NCBI GenBank assembly: GCA_965223905.1
Contig: CBDCXV010000010.1
Coordinates: 640,001 to 704,000 of the forward strand
Reading direction: 5' to 3'
DNA from: Candidatus Latescibacterota bacterium
GTDB taxonomy: Bacteria; Latescibacterota; UBA2968; UBA8231
DNA length: 64,000 nucleotides
Position numbers and translations under genes: made by a program. The notes beneath the pieces were generated by a model. That model was given only the letters and a program-made list of their open reading frames with translations, was not told the origin of the DNA and ran no database searches. Positions 19,632 to 30,115 of this stretch are shown piece by piece. The number at the start of each line of letters is the position of its first letter. Position 1 is the stretch's first letter.

Positions 19632-19660
19632 TTGACCCCTCCGGTTCTCAGGCTGATATT
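19632..19660 (+). promoter_or_regulatory. Putative sigma70 promoter
   Basis: TTGACC-N17-GATATT upstream of the PhyH gene. Confidence 0.4.
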
Positions 19661-19698
19661 GGCGGGCTTCCCCCCAGCGCGCAGCGCGGAAAGAACAG

Positions 19699-20547
19699 GT
19701 GAGCAAGAGTTTCTGGGATTCCACCCCACGCCATTTCCCCACCCAGGAGGAGTTGGCGGCCCTCGACAGGGACCTGCGGTTTCACCCCGCGCCGGCTACC
19801 GCCGGGGAGAAGCTGAGCCCCGGGCAGCTGGAGTCCTACAACCGCGAGGGGTACCTGCTGCCGTTCCGGGTGTTCCCGGAGGGCGAGATCGGACAGTTCC
19901 GCGCCCATGTCGACGGCTGGCTCGAGGAGACGCAGCGCCAGGGGGCCGACAGCTACTCGATCGTTTCGGCGCACATGAAGCACGGCATCGTCTGGGACCT
20001 CCTCAGGGACCGGCGCATCACCGCCTTTGTCGGCGACATCCTCGGCGGGGACTTCATCTGCTGGGGCGCCCACTTCTTCTGCAAGATGCCGGGCGACGGC
20101 AAGCGCGTCTCCTGGCACCAGGACGCCAGCTACTGGCCCCTGAGCCCCTCGAAGACGGTCTCCGTCTGGCTCGCCGTGGACAGGGCCGACCGCGAAAACG
20201 CCTGCATGCAGTTCGTCGCCGGCTCCCATCTTCACGGCCACCTCGATTTCATCCGCAGCGCCGAGTCGGAGGCCAACATCCTCAACCAGACCGTCCCGGA
20301 GGCGGAACGCTTCGGGCACGGGGTCGTCGACGTCGAGCTCGAAGCGGGAGAGATATCCCTGCACTCCGACCTGCTGCTGCACGGCTCGGCGCCGAACCTG
20401 TCCGACCGCCGCCGCTGCGGCCTCACCCTGCGCTACGCCGCCACCGAGGTGCGCGCCGAGTACAACTGGAACTCCGAGGGAGTCGTCGTCAGCGGCAGCG
20501 ACCCGAGCGGACACTGGGCCGATCCGCCGCGCCCCGAGATCGACTGA
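19699..20547 (+). CDS. Phytanoyl-CoA dioxygenase (PhyH) family Fe(II)/2OG oxygenase
   Basis: YNREGY, WHQD, ENACMQFVAGSH, LHGS..N.SDRRR. Confidence 0.92.
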   Translation: MSKSFWDSTPRHFPTQEELAALDRDLRFHPAPATAGEKLSPGQLESYNREGYLLPFRVFPEGEIGQFRAHVDGWLEETQRQGADSYSIVSAHMKHGIVWDLLRDRRITAFVGDILGGDFICWGAHFFCKMPGDGKRVSWHQDASYWPLSPSKTVSVWLAVDRADRENACMQFVAGSHLHGHLDFIRSAESEANILNQTVPEAERFGHGVVDVELEAGEISLHSDLLLHGSAPNLSDRRRCGLTLRYAATEVRAEYNWNSEGVVVSGSDPSGHWADPPRPEID

Positions 20548-20554
20548 GACACCC

Positions 20555-22037
20555 GTGAAACGTGTCCTCATCGCCGGCCTCTACGAGGAGGTCGGCAGCT
20601 TCAACCCCCTGCTGACGCGCTACGAGGATTTCCAGATCCGCCGCGGCCGGGAGATCCTCGACCAGCTGCGCGGCACCGACAGCGCCACCGCCGGCGGCAT
20701 CGCCGTGCTCCAAGCCCGCGACGACATCGAGCTGGTGCCGACCGTCCACGCCTTTCGCGACGCAACCGGGGGGCCGGTCGCCGCGGACGACCTCGAGCGC
20801 CTGCTCGGGGAGATCCTCGCTTCCGTGCGCGACCATGCCGACGCCGACGGCGCCTTCCTCTTCCTGCACGGAGCCATGGCCGGGGTCGGCGAGGACGATC
20901 CGGAGGGCTGGTTGGCCGCGGGAGTTCGCGAGATCCTCGGCCCCGGAAAGCCGATCACGGCGCCGATGGACCTGCACGCCATCCTCACCCCGCGGCTGCT
21001 CGACAGCATCGACGTCGTCAACCTGCTGCTGACCTACCCCCACACCGACATGGTCTCCACGGGGGAGCGGGCGGCGCGCAACCTCCTGCGCCTCCTCGAC
21101 GGCGAGGTGAAACCGGCAACCGCATGCATTCAGCTGCCGATGCTGGTGCGCGGCGACGAGCTCATCACCGCGACCGGCCTCTTCGGAGAAGCGATCCGGC
21201 ACTGCGAGATGCTGGAGAAAACCGGGGCCTGCCTGGCCGCGGGGGTCAACATCGGCAACCCGTTCACGGACGTTCCCGACCTGCGCTCCAACGTGCTCGT
21301 CACCACGGACAACCACCCGCAGCGGGCGCGGCGGGAGGCGCTGCGGCTCGCCCGCTTCATGTGGCGCCACCGCGGCGACATGCAGGCCGCCTTGACCCCT
21401 CTGCCGGAGGCGATCCGCCTCGCCGAAGGGACCGGAGGGCTCACCGTGTTCTCCGACGCCGCCGACTCGACCGCTTCAGGGGCGCCCGGGGACAGCAACG
21501 CCGTCCTCCGGGGGCTGTTCGAGCACCGCTTATTCGAAGCGCGCCCTGGTTCCCATCGTCGACGCCCCGGCCGTCGCCATGGCCGCGGAAGCCGGTGTCG
21601 GCGCTGCCCTGACGCTGCCGCTCGGGGGGACGATCGACAGCGAGCGCCACACCCCGTTCGAGGTCGAAGCGAGGGTGGTGAGCCTCGGCGACGGCAACTT
21701 CACCTACGAAGGGGGAATCCCGGGGGAGGCCGGCCTCACCGCGGTTCTCGCCGCGGGCAGGCACCGCGTCATGGTCACCGAAAGAGCGGTGATGTGGGTG
21801 GGCCGCCGCGTCTTCCAGGCCCAGGGACTGGAGCCGCTCGATTTCGACCTGGTGGTTTGCAAGTCCCCGAACGGCTTCCGCGTCCACTACGAGTCCATCG
21901 CTTCCCGCATCGTCGCCGTCGACCTGCCGGGAGGCACCAGCGCCAACCTCAAGTCGCTCCCCTACCGGCGCATCTCGCGGCCTATGTACCCCCTCGACGA
22001 GGATGCAGATCCGCCGCCCGAGCTCGGCGGCGACTGA
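20555..22037 (+). pseudogene. M81 (MlrC-like) metallopeptidase, split by a +1 frameshift near 21530 (pseudogene or sequencing error)
   Basis: N part: LHGAM, DLHA, TYPHTD, SDAADSTASGAPGDS. Removing one T at 21530 gives ...EHR-YSKRALVPIVDAPAV..., which continues into the 21579..22037 frame (VVCKSPNGFR, DLPGGTS, RPMYPLD). Confidence 0.85.
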
Positions 22038-22115
22038 CTTTCCCCGAGCCGTATTCGACGACACCGGGCGATTGCCCCCGGCCTCCCTTGAATGCGGCTG
22101 GGGCCGCCCCACATG

Positions 22116-22150
22116 AAAAAGGCGCGTCCCGAAGATGAGACGCGCCTTTT
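22116..22150. terminator. Bidirectional Rho-independent terminator
   Basis: AAAAAGGCGCGTC-loop-GACGCGCCTTTT between convergent genes. Confidence 0.85.
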
Positions 22151-22256
22151 CCGCGTTTACCTGTCCCGTCCCGCTGTGTGAAAACCGCTGCCCGCCTCGG
22201 GCGCCTGCCGCTCGAGGCGGCGCCTTGCCGGCGACAGGGTCTTCCGGTGGTGCCGG

Positions 22257-23165
22257 CTACGATTTGGCCGGCACTACCTCCCAGCGGTGATGCCTGGCGC
22301 CCCTGGCCGCCTCAGCTGCCAGGGCCTCTGCCCACATCCGCGCCCACTCGCCGTGATCGGTCAGCACCGAGTCCGGGTTCGAGCGGCTGCGCACCACGAA
22401 GTCCGGGTAGAACGGGCGCCCGGTCGGGGTGCCGGTCTTCTGGTATCGCAGGTCCATGCTCCAGCGCACCGTGTCGGTGTTGTTCGGGGTCGAGCGATGG
22501 GGGATCTCCTTGCTCATCAACAGCAGGTCCCCCTTCTCCATCGGCAGGGTCAGCGGTTCGACGTCGGGCATCGCCTCTTCGGCGATCACCGTCCCCCTGC
22601 CCTGGATGGTCTCGTGTTTCCACAGCCCGGTCTTGTGCACCCTGGGGATGATCTGGAGACAGCCGTTTTCCGGCGTCGCCGGGACCATCGGCAGCCATAC
22701 CGTCAGGATGAAGTGGGGATCCGCCTCTTCCCAGGTGACGCCGGCGTCCTGGTGCCAGGGCGCCACGTGGCCGTCCCCCATCTTGGTGGTGCCGTGCGGC
22801 AGCTTGCCGCGGATGTGCTGGATCGGGCTGCAAGTGATCTCCGGCCCGACGATGGGTTCGACGAGACCCAGCAGGTTGTCGTTGAGCAGAAATTCGAACG
22901 ACGCCTTCCCCCGCAGCCGGTATATGTCGAGGTCGTCGTAGATCTCCGCGCACTGGTCGTTGATCAGGGCGAGCCGCTTGTCGAACGGGGCATCGGCGTG
23001 CGGATCCCCGATCTTCCCCTCTGCCAGCAGCTCGTTCGCCCGCCGGTCGATGTGCGCCTCGTACTCCTCGATCACGGGGTCGATGTCGCTGTCCGAGAGG
23101 GCGCCCCGCAGCAGCAGGAAGCCGTCGTTGTCGAACATCTTCAGTTGTTCTTCGGTCAGTCCCAT
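22257..23165 (-). CDS. PhyH family Fe(II)/2OG dioxygenase
   Basis: LTEEQLKMFDNDGFL, WHQD, ENGCLQIIP, PHRSTPN...RWSMDLRY; ATG at 23165. Confidence 0.92.
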   Translation of the reverse strand: MGLTEEQLKMFDNDGFLLLRGALSDSDIDPVIEEYEAHIDRRANELLAEGKIGDPHADAPFDKRLALINDQCAEIYDDLDIYRLRGKASFEFLLNDNLLGLVEPIVGPEITCSPIQHIRGKLPHGTTKMGDGHVAPWHQDAGVTWEEADPHFILTVWLPMVPATPENGCLQIIPRVHKTGLWKHETIQGRGTVIAEEAMPDVEPLTLPMEKGDLLLMSKEIPHRSTPNNTDTVRWSMDLRYQKTGTPTGRPFYPDFVVRSRSNPDSVLTDHGEWARMWAEALAAEAARGARHHRWEVVPAKS

Positions 23166-23406
23166 GTCAGCGCTCCGATTTTGTGAAGGGTGCTTTCTCA
23201 AAGGTGCCACTTGGAGGGGAAGTCATCAAGAATTCGCGTCGATACTCGCGATTCCTGTTCCTATTCAATTTCCTGATTATGTCATATTTTCCGGCGCCTT
23301 ATACCCACCAGGGCAACATACGACCGATGACCGGCACCCGACTTATGGGCCGTGCAACAGGCGGGCGGAGTCGGATTCCCCAATTAGTTCAGTTAGAGCG
23401 AAAACA

Positions 23407-26406
23407 ATGACCACCCCTACGATATTCGAAACATGCCGGCCGCGCGCGGATGTTCTCGAGGGAGCGATTTCCGAGGACTTCGCTGCGGATCTCGCCCAAG
23501 TTATCACCGGCTCGGGAAATGTCGAATACCTCGACCCGGCACGTTTCTTCTCCACCACCTATCCCACAAGGGGCCTCAGAAACCTGCTCGCCAACGTGTG
23601 CCGGAGGCTGACCGGTGCCGGCGGTGAGGTGGCATCGATCTTCCGGCTGGACACTTCCTACGGGGGTGGCAAAACCCACGGACTGATAGCGTTGTGCCAT
23701 GCCGCCCGGGGCATGCAGGGTGTGTCGAATGTTCCTGAGTTCGTCGACCCTTCCCTGCTTCCGGGGGGAAACGTCCGCATCGCCGCATTCGATGGGGAAA
23801 ACGCGGACCCGGCCAACGGCAGGGCCATGGGCGACGGCATTTTGGCCCACACACCCTGGGGTGAGATCGCGTACGCGCTGGCCGGCAAGGATGGGTACGA
23901 GAGGGTGCGCAATAGCGATGAAAGCCGCATTTCCCCGGGAGCCGAGACCTTGCGCGAGCTGTTCGGCGGCGAGCCGACACTGATTTTGCTCGACGAGCTT
24001 TCGGTTTACCTGCGCAAGGTGAGAAACCTCGCGGACGCCCGTGATCAGTTGACGGCCTTCCTGACCTCGTTGTTCAAGGCCGTCGAAAGCGCGCCAAAGG
24101 CCGCCCTCGTCTATACACTTGCCATCGGAAAAGACGGACGGGCTACCGATGCCTACAGCGATGAAAATCAGTTCATCGCCGATCACATGGCGGAAGCAGA
24201 AAGCGTCTCCGCGCGCAAGGCGACCCTGTTGAATCCTACCGAGGAAGACGAGACGGTTCAGGTGCTCCGCCGCCGACTGTTCGAATCGGTTGATGACACC
24301 AGGATTTCGGCGGTCACGGATGCCTACCGGGATCTCTGGGCGGCCAACAGGGAATCTCTGGCGGATGATGCCGCACGGCCCGGGACCATCGAGACCTTTC
24401 TTTCGAGTTACCCACTGCATCCGGAAGTTCTGGAGACCCTGAGAGGCAAGACCGCAACGCTCGGCAATTTCCAGCGAGTGCGCGGCATGCTGCGACTACT
24501 TGCCCGCACGATCTCCCATCTTTGGGAAGAGAAGCCCGGGGACGCGACCGCCATTCATCTTCACCATATTGATCCGGGCTACGAGCCGATCCGCCAGGAG
24601 ATCGTGACCCGCCTCGGACAGTCCGCCTATGTGCCGGCCATTTTGAACGACGTAGCCTCCGGGGGCGAGAAGAAGGCGTTGGCGCAGGAGATCGACAGTG
24701 CACATCACAGCGGCCTGCCGCCCTACGCGGTCTATGTCGCCCGCACCATCTTCATGCACACGCTCGCCTTCAACGAGCCGCTGAAGGGGATCCCGCCGAA
24801 ACAGTTGCTCTATTCTGTTTTGGGTCCAACCACGGACGTCAGCTTTATCGACGAGGCGCGGAAAAAGTTCATCGCCGAATCCGCATATCTCGACGACCGC
24901 CCCGGCGCTCCGATGCGTTTTCTGGCCGAGGCCAATCTGGTTCAGATCATCCGCCGCGAGGAGCGCCACGTCGACGCCGCGGAAGCGCGCGCTCAGCAAA
25001 ATGACCGCATCCGTGAGATATTCGGCGGAAAGACGTTCGAGACCGTGTCATTCCCGGGAGGGCCGTTCGACATCCCAGACGAGGTTGCCGATGGCCGGCC
25101 GAAACTCGTGGTCCTGGCCTATGACGCGGTGACTATCGGCAGTTCGGTCGAGAACGTACCCGAGTTGATCGAGCGGATTTTCGCGCGGAAAGGCTCGGAG
25201 GGTTCAGCCTTGAGAGCGCTTCGAAACAGCCTGGTGTTCGTGGTCGCCGACGACGCACGCAAGGAGGAGATGCGCCGCAAGACCCATCATCGTTTGGCGC
25301 TGCGGGAACTGAAAAAGCCGGACCGCCTCATCGATCTGGCGGAGCACCAGCAGGACCGGGTGCGCGAGATGGAAGCCCGATCCGAGCAGGAACTTGCGAT
25401 CGCCATTCAGCAGTGCTACCGGCACGTTTTCTATCCTTCCCGAAACCGGGTAGGCACCAGTGACGTCGATCTGGCCCACTCCGCTATCGACGTCCATTCC
25501 GCCTCCGATAAGCCCGGCGCAGGCCAGCAACAGATAGTTAGGGCATTGCGAGACCTGGGGAAGCTGCGCCTCCCCGAGGACGAGCCGGACTCCCCAGCCT
25601 ATGTGCGGGACCGAACCCCACTCAAGAAAGGGCAAATCACCACGCTGTCGCTGCGCGATGAGTTCCGGCGCGATCCGGCACTGCCCATCCTGATCGGTGA
25701 CGATATCTTCATCCGCGGCGTCCGGCTAGGAATCGACCAGGGGGAATACGTCTATCAAAGGGGAGAATTGCTTTTCGGCCCGGCAGATCCATCGGCCAGC
25801 ATTCTGATCGACGAGCAGTCCCTGATCTTTACCATGGCGTACGCCAGGAATGCGGGCTTCTGGCCGCGCAAGCCCGAGCCGGCGACCAAACCTCCGGAAC
25901 CACCTGAGCCCCCCGAGCCGCCGGAGCCACCCTCCCTACCTGAGCCACCGACCTCAGAAATCGGATCCTATACGGCCGAGGGTATCCTCAGAGAGGCATT
26001 GGTCCGACTGTGGGAGCAGGCCCGGGCCGACGATGTCGACCGGATCGGGGTCCTGACCATCCGCATGTTCGAAGCCGGCGACGCCTTCCGTCTTCTCGGC
26101 GCCGTGGGGGCCGTATCCGGCGCCGACAAGATCGTCACCTTCACGGGCGGCTACGAAACTAGGCACGGGGCCTCCTTCGTACTCGACCAGTTCCGAGGCC
26201 CGGTGACGGATGCTCAGCCCGTGAGGGAATTCCTGGAGCCGCAGTTGCGCGACGCCGCTTCCAACGACCTTCAAGCGGGGTTCGAGTTGACCTTCGCCGA
26301 CGGTCTCTCCATGAAGGGAGACGCGGCAGAGAAGCTCACCGAGCGGCTCTCGCGCTACGCGAGCGGGGCCGCGTACGTGTCCGCCGCGGCCGAGGCACGG
26401 ACCTGA
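23407..26406 (+). CDS. DUF499 family AAA+ ATPase (BrxC/PglY-related)
   Basis: FAADL, FFSTTYPT, Walker A TSYGGGKTH, TPWGEIA, Walker B LILLDE, SYPLHPE, FQRVRGMLRLLA. Confidence 0.92.
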   Translation: MTTPTIFETCRPRADVLEGAISEDFAADLAQVITGSGNVEYLDPARFFSTTYPTRGLRNLLANVCRRLTGAGGEVASIFRLDTSYGGGKTHGLIALCHAARGMQGVSNVPEFVDPSLLPGGNVRIAAFDGENADPANGRAMGDGILAHTPWGEIAYALAGKDGYERVRNSDESRISPGAETLRELFGGEPTLILLDELSVYLRKVRNLADARDQLTAFLTSLFKAVESAPKAALVYTLAIGKDGRATDAYSDENQFIADHMAEAESVSARKATLLNPTEEDETVQVLRRRLFESVDDTRISAVTDAYRDLWAANRESLADDAARPGTIETFLSSYPLHPEVLETLRGKTATLGNFQRVRGMLRLLARTISHLWEEKPGDATAIHLHHIDPGYEPIRQEIVTRLGQSAYVPAILNDVASGGEKKALAQEIDSAHHSGLPPYAVYVARTIFMHTLAFNEPLKGIPPKQLLYSVLGPTTDVSFIDEARKKFIAESAYLDDRPGAPMRFLAEANLVQIIRREERHVDAAEARAQQNDRIREIFGGKTFETVSFPGGPFDIPDEVADGRPKLVVLAYDAVTIGSSVENVPELIERIFARKGSEGSALRALRNSLVFVVADDARKEEMRRKTHHRLALRELKKPDRLIDLAEHQQDRVREMEARSEQELAIAIQQCYRHVFYPSRNRVGTSDVDLAHSAIDVHSASDKPGAGQQQIVRALRDLGKLRLPEDEPDSPAYVRDRTPLKKGQITTLSLRDEFRRDPALPILIGDDIFIRGVRLGIDQGEYVYQRGELLFGPADPSASILIDEQSLIFTMAYARNAGFWPRKPEPATKPPEPPEPPEPPEPPSLPEPPTSEIGSYTAEGILREALVRLWEQARADDVDRIGVLTIRMFEAGDAFRLLGAVGAVSGADKIVTFTGGYETRHGASFVLDQFRGPVTDAQPVREFLEPQLRDAASNDLQAGFELTFADGLSMKGDAAEKLTERLSRYASGAAYVSAAAEART
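25891..25950 (+). repeat. Pro-Pro-Glu tandem repeat linker in the DUF499 protein
   Basis: PPEPPEPPEPPEPPSLPEPP encoded with varied synonymous codons. Confidence 0.85.
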
Positions 26407-26409
26407 GAG

Positions 26410-26904
26410 ATGGCACGGCTCAAGAGATTTGTCCAGATCGACAGGCCGGCCTCCGCGCCCCGGTACGAACTGCGCGTGCGCAGTACCGGCCTGACCGAGG
26501 CCGAATACGAGATCTGGCAGATGCCTTCCCAAGCTACCCCTCAGGTGACCTGTCCCCTGCGGGTGGCGGGGCTTCGCGGGCGCAACCTCGAGCTGGTCGA
26601 GCACCGGGTGCTGAAGCGGCTTTCCCGGTCCGGCGTCAAGCTCTCCGGCGGGGCTGGCGCCAGCAAAAACGGCTACGCCCTCAGCGAAGACCTGGCGCTG
26701 ACCCTGGGGCTGTTGTTCCGAACCCTGGCGCCCATGCGAAGCCGCGACAACATGCGGGCAGTGGCAGAAGGGATCGAGGCAATGGAACACGAGGAGGCCG
26801 CGTACTGGCTCGGCATGGCAATGCATCGGAAGCAACCGCGCCGGGTGCTGACCGCCTTGCGCTTCCTTCTGACCGAGCCCAGGCGAGCAGAAGGGCGATC
26901 ATGA
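26410..26904 (+). CDS. Small protein at the DUF3780 position of DUF499-DUF1156 operons
   Basis: 3 bp after the DUF499 stop; C-terminal helical MEHEEAAYWLG motif. Family assignment is positional. Confidence 0.7.
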   Translation: MARLKRFVQIDRPASAPRYELRVRSTGLTEAEYEIWQMPSQATPQVTCPLRVAGLRGRNLELVEHRVLKRLSRSGVKLSGGAGASKNGYALSEDLALTLGLLFRTLAPMRSRDNMRAVAEGIEAMEHEEAAYWLGMAMHRKQPRRVLTALRFLLTEPRRAEGRS

Positions 26905-28010
26905 TGAATACAGAAGCTGCTGAGCAGTCCATCGAGATCGAAGAACCTGAGGGCTTGGAGGAAGGCGCGTCGTGGGGAGACTACCCGCTCGACGAAATGC
27001 TGATACGCAACGACCACCGGACCGTTCGCGACGTCCTGCACCGCATCGATCAGGGTCGCTACGTGATGAACCCCGACTTCCAGCGCGGTTTCATCTGGCC
27101 CGAGGACAAGCAGAGCAAGCTGGTTGAATCGGTGGTCATGCGCATTCCGTTGCCGGTCTTTTACATGGCGGAGGATTCCGAGGGCCGGATGGTGGTGGTA
27201 GACGGCCTGCAGCGCCTGTCCACGTTCAAACGCTTCGTCGGCGGCGAGCTCAAGCTCCGACTGCCGGACCGCCCCGAGCTGAACGGCCAACGCTTTGCCG
27301 ACTTGCCGCCGAAGTTTCAGAATCGCGTCGAGGACTGCAACCTGATCTTCTACATCATCGACTCGAAGGCGCCTGAGCGTGCCCGGCTGGACATCTTCGA
27401 GCGCGTCAACGGCGGTCTCCAATTGACGCGGCAGCAAATGCGCAACTGCCTCTACATGGGAAAGGCGACGCAATTCCTCAGAGACGAGGCGCAGGCCGAG
27501 ATGTTCCGCACGGCGACGGGCGCCAGCCTGAATCCGTCGACCATGCGGGATCGCGAGTTCGTGAACCGCTTCTGCGCATTTCAGGTACTTGGCGCCGACC
27601 AATACCAACGCGGCGACATGGACGTTTTTCTTGCCCGCTGCCTGATACGCATGAACGAGATGAACGACACGGAATTGTCCGAACTCTCCGCGACATTCCA
27701 TCGCGGCCTCGCCAACAATTTTCAGCTCTTCGAACGTAACGCCTTTCGCAAGCGCAAGCCCGAGCAGGAAAAGAGAAGCGTGCTCAACGCATCCCTTTGG
27801 GATGTGATGAGCACGGGGCTGTCGCACCACTCGGAGTCGCAGGTCGAAGCACAGGCCGATGAACTGCGCGAGGCCGTGTACGGCTTGTTGCGGAACGAGG
27901 AGTTCAACACCGCCATCACCTATGGCCCGAACGATCCGAAAAAGGTGAAGACGCGATTCGACATGGCCCGGACGGCGCTGCGGGAGGTGCTCGGTGATCA
28001 CGCGGATTGA
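26901..28010 (+). CDS. DUF262 (ParB/Srx-like, GmrS-type) protein; Menshen NsnA-like
   Basis: PDFQRGFIW, VVDGLQRL, IFERVNGG motifs; ATGA overlap with the upstream gene. Confidence 0.9.
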   Translation: MMNTEAAEQSIEIEEPEGLEEGASWGDYPLDEMLIRNDHRTVRDVLHRIDQGRYVMNPDFQRGFIWPEDKQSKLVESVVMRIPLPVFYMAEDSEGRMVVVDGLQRLSTFKRFVGGELKLRLPDRPELNGQRFADLPPKFQNRVEDCNLIFYIIDSKAPERARLDIFERVNGGLQLTRQQMRNCLYMGKATQFLRDEAQAEMFRTATGASLNPSTMRDREFVNRFCAFQVLGADQYQRGDMDVFLARCLIRMNEMNDTELSELSATFHRGLANNFQLFERNAFRKRKPEQEKRSVLNASLWDVMSTGLSHHSESQVEAQADELREAVYGLLRNEEFNTAITYGPNDPKKVKTRFDMARTALREVLGDHAD

Positions 28011-29154
28011 CCTGCGTCACTTCAAGTGCTTCGAGACACTCAGGCTGCCGTTGCGCCGACTCACGTTGCTGTCGGGCCTCAACGCCTCCGGCAAGTCGTC
28101 GGTGATGCAGGCGCTGGTTCTGCTGCATCAGACCATGCGCGAGCATGAGTGGTCGCGGCGGCTCATGCTCAATGGCGCCGCCCTTCGTCTGGGCGCCGTC
28201 AGGGATGTGATCGATCAGATCAGTGGAGGGCGCGGGTGCTCCCTGGCCCTCGAGGACGATGATGCAGGCTTGGTTGAATGGGAGTTCAGCGGCGAACAAG
28301 GCGCCATGTCGATGGCCGTTGTCCTCGTGCGGGCAACAGCGGAATGGCGGAGGGCCGATCCACAACCCTTGCAGTACCTGCTCCCCGAGGCTGTGGCGAA
28401 TTCGCCCGAGGGGGGTTCGCTGGCCAGGCGCCTGCAAGGTCTGACCTGGCTGGCCGCCGAACGCCTGGGACCGAGAGATCTGTATGCGCTGGACGATCCC
28501 GAGTTGACGCCCGTGGTCGGGCAGGCAGGCGAACACACAGCCAGCGTTCTCTACTCGGGCGCGGACGAGAGGATTGCCATCCCCCTGCTTGTGCAAGAGG
28601 TCGCGCCCACACTTCTTCGGCAGGTCGAAGCGCGAATGGGCGAGTTCTTTCCATGCTTCGGTATGGATCTGTCGCCGGTGGCGGGCGCCAATGCCGTCAC
28701 CCTGGGCGTGCGAACGTCGCGGGATACGGAGTTCCATCGGCCGGGCCATACCGGATTCGGCGTCACGCAGGTACTGCCGATCGTCGTCGCGGTTCTGGCC
28801 GCGAAACCCGACGACCTGCTGCTCATCGAGAACCCCGAGGTGCATCTGCATCCGGCCGGGCAGTCCAGGATGGGTGAATTCCTGGCCGCGGCCGCGAACG
28901 CCGGCCTGCAGGTGCTCATCGAGTCCCACAGCGACCATGTCCTCAATGGCATCCGGCGCGCTGTCAGAAACGGGATCCTCGATCCAGGCGACACCGCGCT
29001 GTACTTCTTCCGACCCCGCCACGAAGCCCAGACTTCGGGCGCGGCCCAGGTCGAGAGCCCGTCCATCGATGCCGACGGAAACATCGACACTTGGCCGGCC
29101 GGGTTCTTCGATCAGTTCGATCATGACATGAACGTCCTGGCCGGCTGGGACTGA
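27994..29154 (+). CDS. ABC-type ATPase with C-terminal DUF3696; Menshen NsnB-like
   Basis: GTG with GGAGG RBS; FKCF, GLNASGKSS, GFGVTQVLP, IENPEVHLHP, ESHSDH, WPAGFFDQ. Confidence 0.9.
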   Translation: MITRIDLRHFKCFETLRLPLRRLTLLSGLNASGKSSVMQALVLLHQTMREHEWSRRLMLNGAALRLGAVRDVIDQISGGRGCSLALEDDDAGLVEWEFSGEQGAMSMAVVLVRATAEWRRADPQPLQYLLPEAVANSPEGGSLARRLQGLTWLAAERLGPRDLYALDDPELTPVVGQAGEHTASVLYSGADERIAIPLLVQEVAPTLLRQVEARMGEFFPCFGMDLSPVAGANAVTLGVRTSRDTEFHRPGHTGFGVTQVLPIVVAVLAAKPDDLLLIENPEVHLHPAGQSRMGEFLAAAANAGLQVLIESHSDHVLNGIRRAVRNGILDPGDTALYFFRPRHEAQTSGAAQVESPSIDADGNIDTWPAGFFDQFDHDMNVLAGWD

Positions 29155-29155
29155 C

Positions 29156-30115
29156 ATGGACCTGCTGGCCAACGACCTGTCGGTTCATGAGCAGTTCCAC
29201 GACCTGGCCGGATTCCGGGAGGCCCTGTCGCAACTGATGGCCATGCGTCGAGCGGCCAGACGCTTCGGCCGCGAAGTCCATTGCCACAGGACATTGCTCA
29301 ACAGGGCGCCGATTGCGGGCATGCCAATGCAGCAGGCGGTCGGCAAACTGGGTGTGGAGAGCCAGCGCCGCGCCGTCATGGTCTGGATGACGCGATCCGG
29401 TCCGTTCTGGGACGATGTGCGGCGGCACGGCGGGGATGACTGGCTGGAGTGCCAAGGCGAAGTCGCCACGGATACCGCCGTCGGGGAGGCAGCATTCAGA
29501 ACCATGCACGGGGCGGAATGCGGCCTGGTCAGTCTCGCGCCGTCCGATTGGTGCGAGTCCCCTCTTGAGGTGACCTGGCTTCGAGAAGGCGAGGGATTGC
29601 GCAACCGGGAAGGGGCGGTCGAGAACTGGTGGCGCACGGAAGCGCTGGAGGCGGCGCTGCGAGATCAAGCGCCGCCCCTTCGCTCGTGGAATGGTTTGCG
29701 GGAGGCTTCGAGCCGGTTCGGGCGCCTCACCTTCGCCGAGGATTGCTTTTCGCCGCTGGCAAGGGTTCCCTTCTCCAAGAACGCGGCCGACCGCCTTCTT
29801 TTCTTGCTCGACATTCTGGACCGTTTCGCGCGCGCCTTCGACGACCGCGGGGCACGCAATCCCGAAGGCCACCGCCTCCAGGCGGATTACTTCACGGGCG
29901 AGCGGGCCCTGTTTTCCGACTCATCGGATACCGAAAAACGGCAGTTCGAGAGTGGGTTGACCTTTGCCCATCCGGCCGACCCGGGGAAAACCCTGCCTTG
30001 CCCATGGCACGGCAAGGTTTCGCATCTGACGCTCCGCCTGCACTTTTCGTGGCCCGTCGAGGCAAACAAACCTGTTTATGTGGTGTACGCCGGCTCCAAG
30101 ATCACGAAGCGGTGA
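29156..30115 (+). CDS. Hypothetical protein, putative third (effector) component of the DUF262-DUF3696 module
   Basis: 1 bp after the ATPase stop; C-terminus WHGK...LRLHF...VYVVYAG has a RelE-like strand pattern (inferred). Confidence 0.75.
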   Translation: MDLLANDLSVHEQFHDLAGFREALSQLMAMRRAARRFGREVHCHRTLLNRAPIAGMPMQQAVGKLGVESQRRAVMVWMTRSGPFWDDVRRHGGDDWLECQGEVATDTAVGEAAFRTMHGAECGLVSLAPSDWCESPLEVTWLREGEGLRNREGAVENWWRTEALEAALRDQAPPLRSWNGLREASSRFGRLTFAEDCFSPLARVPFSKNAADRLLFLLDILDRFARAFDDRGARNPEGHRLQADYFTGERALFSDSSDTEKRQFESGLTFAHPADPGKTLPCPWHGKVSHLTLRLHFSWPVEANKPVYVVYAGSKITKR

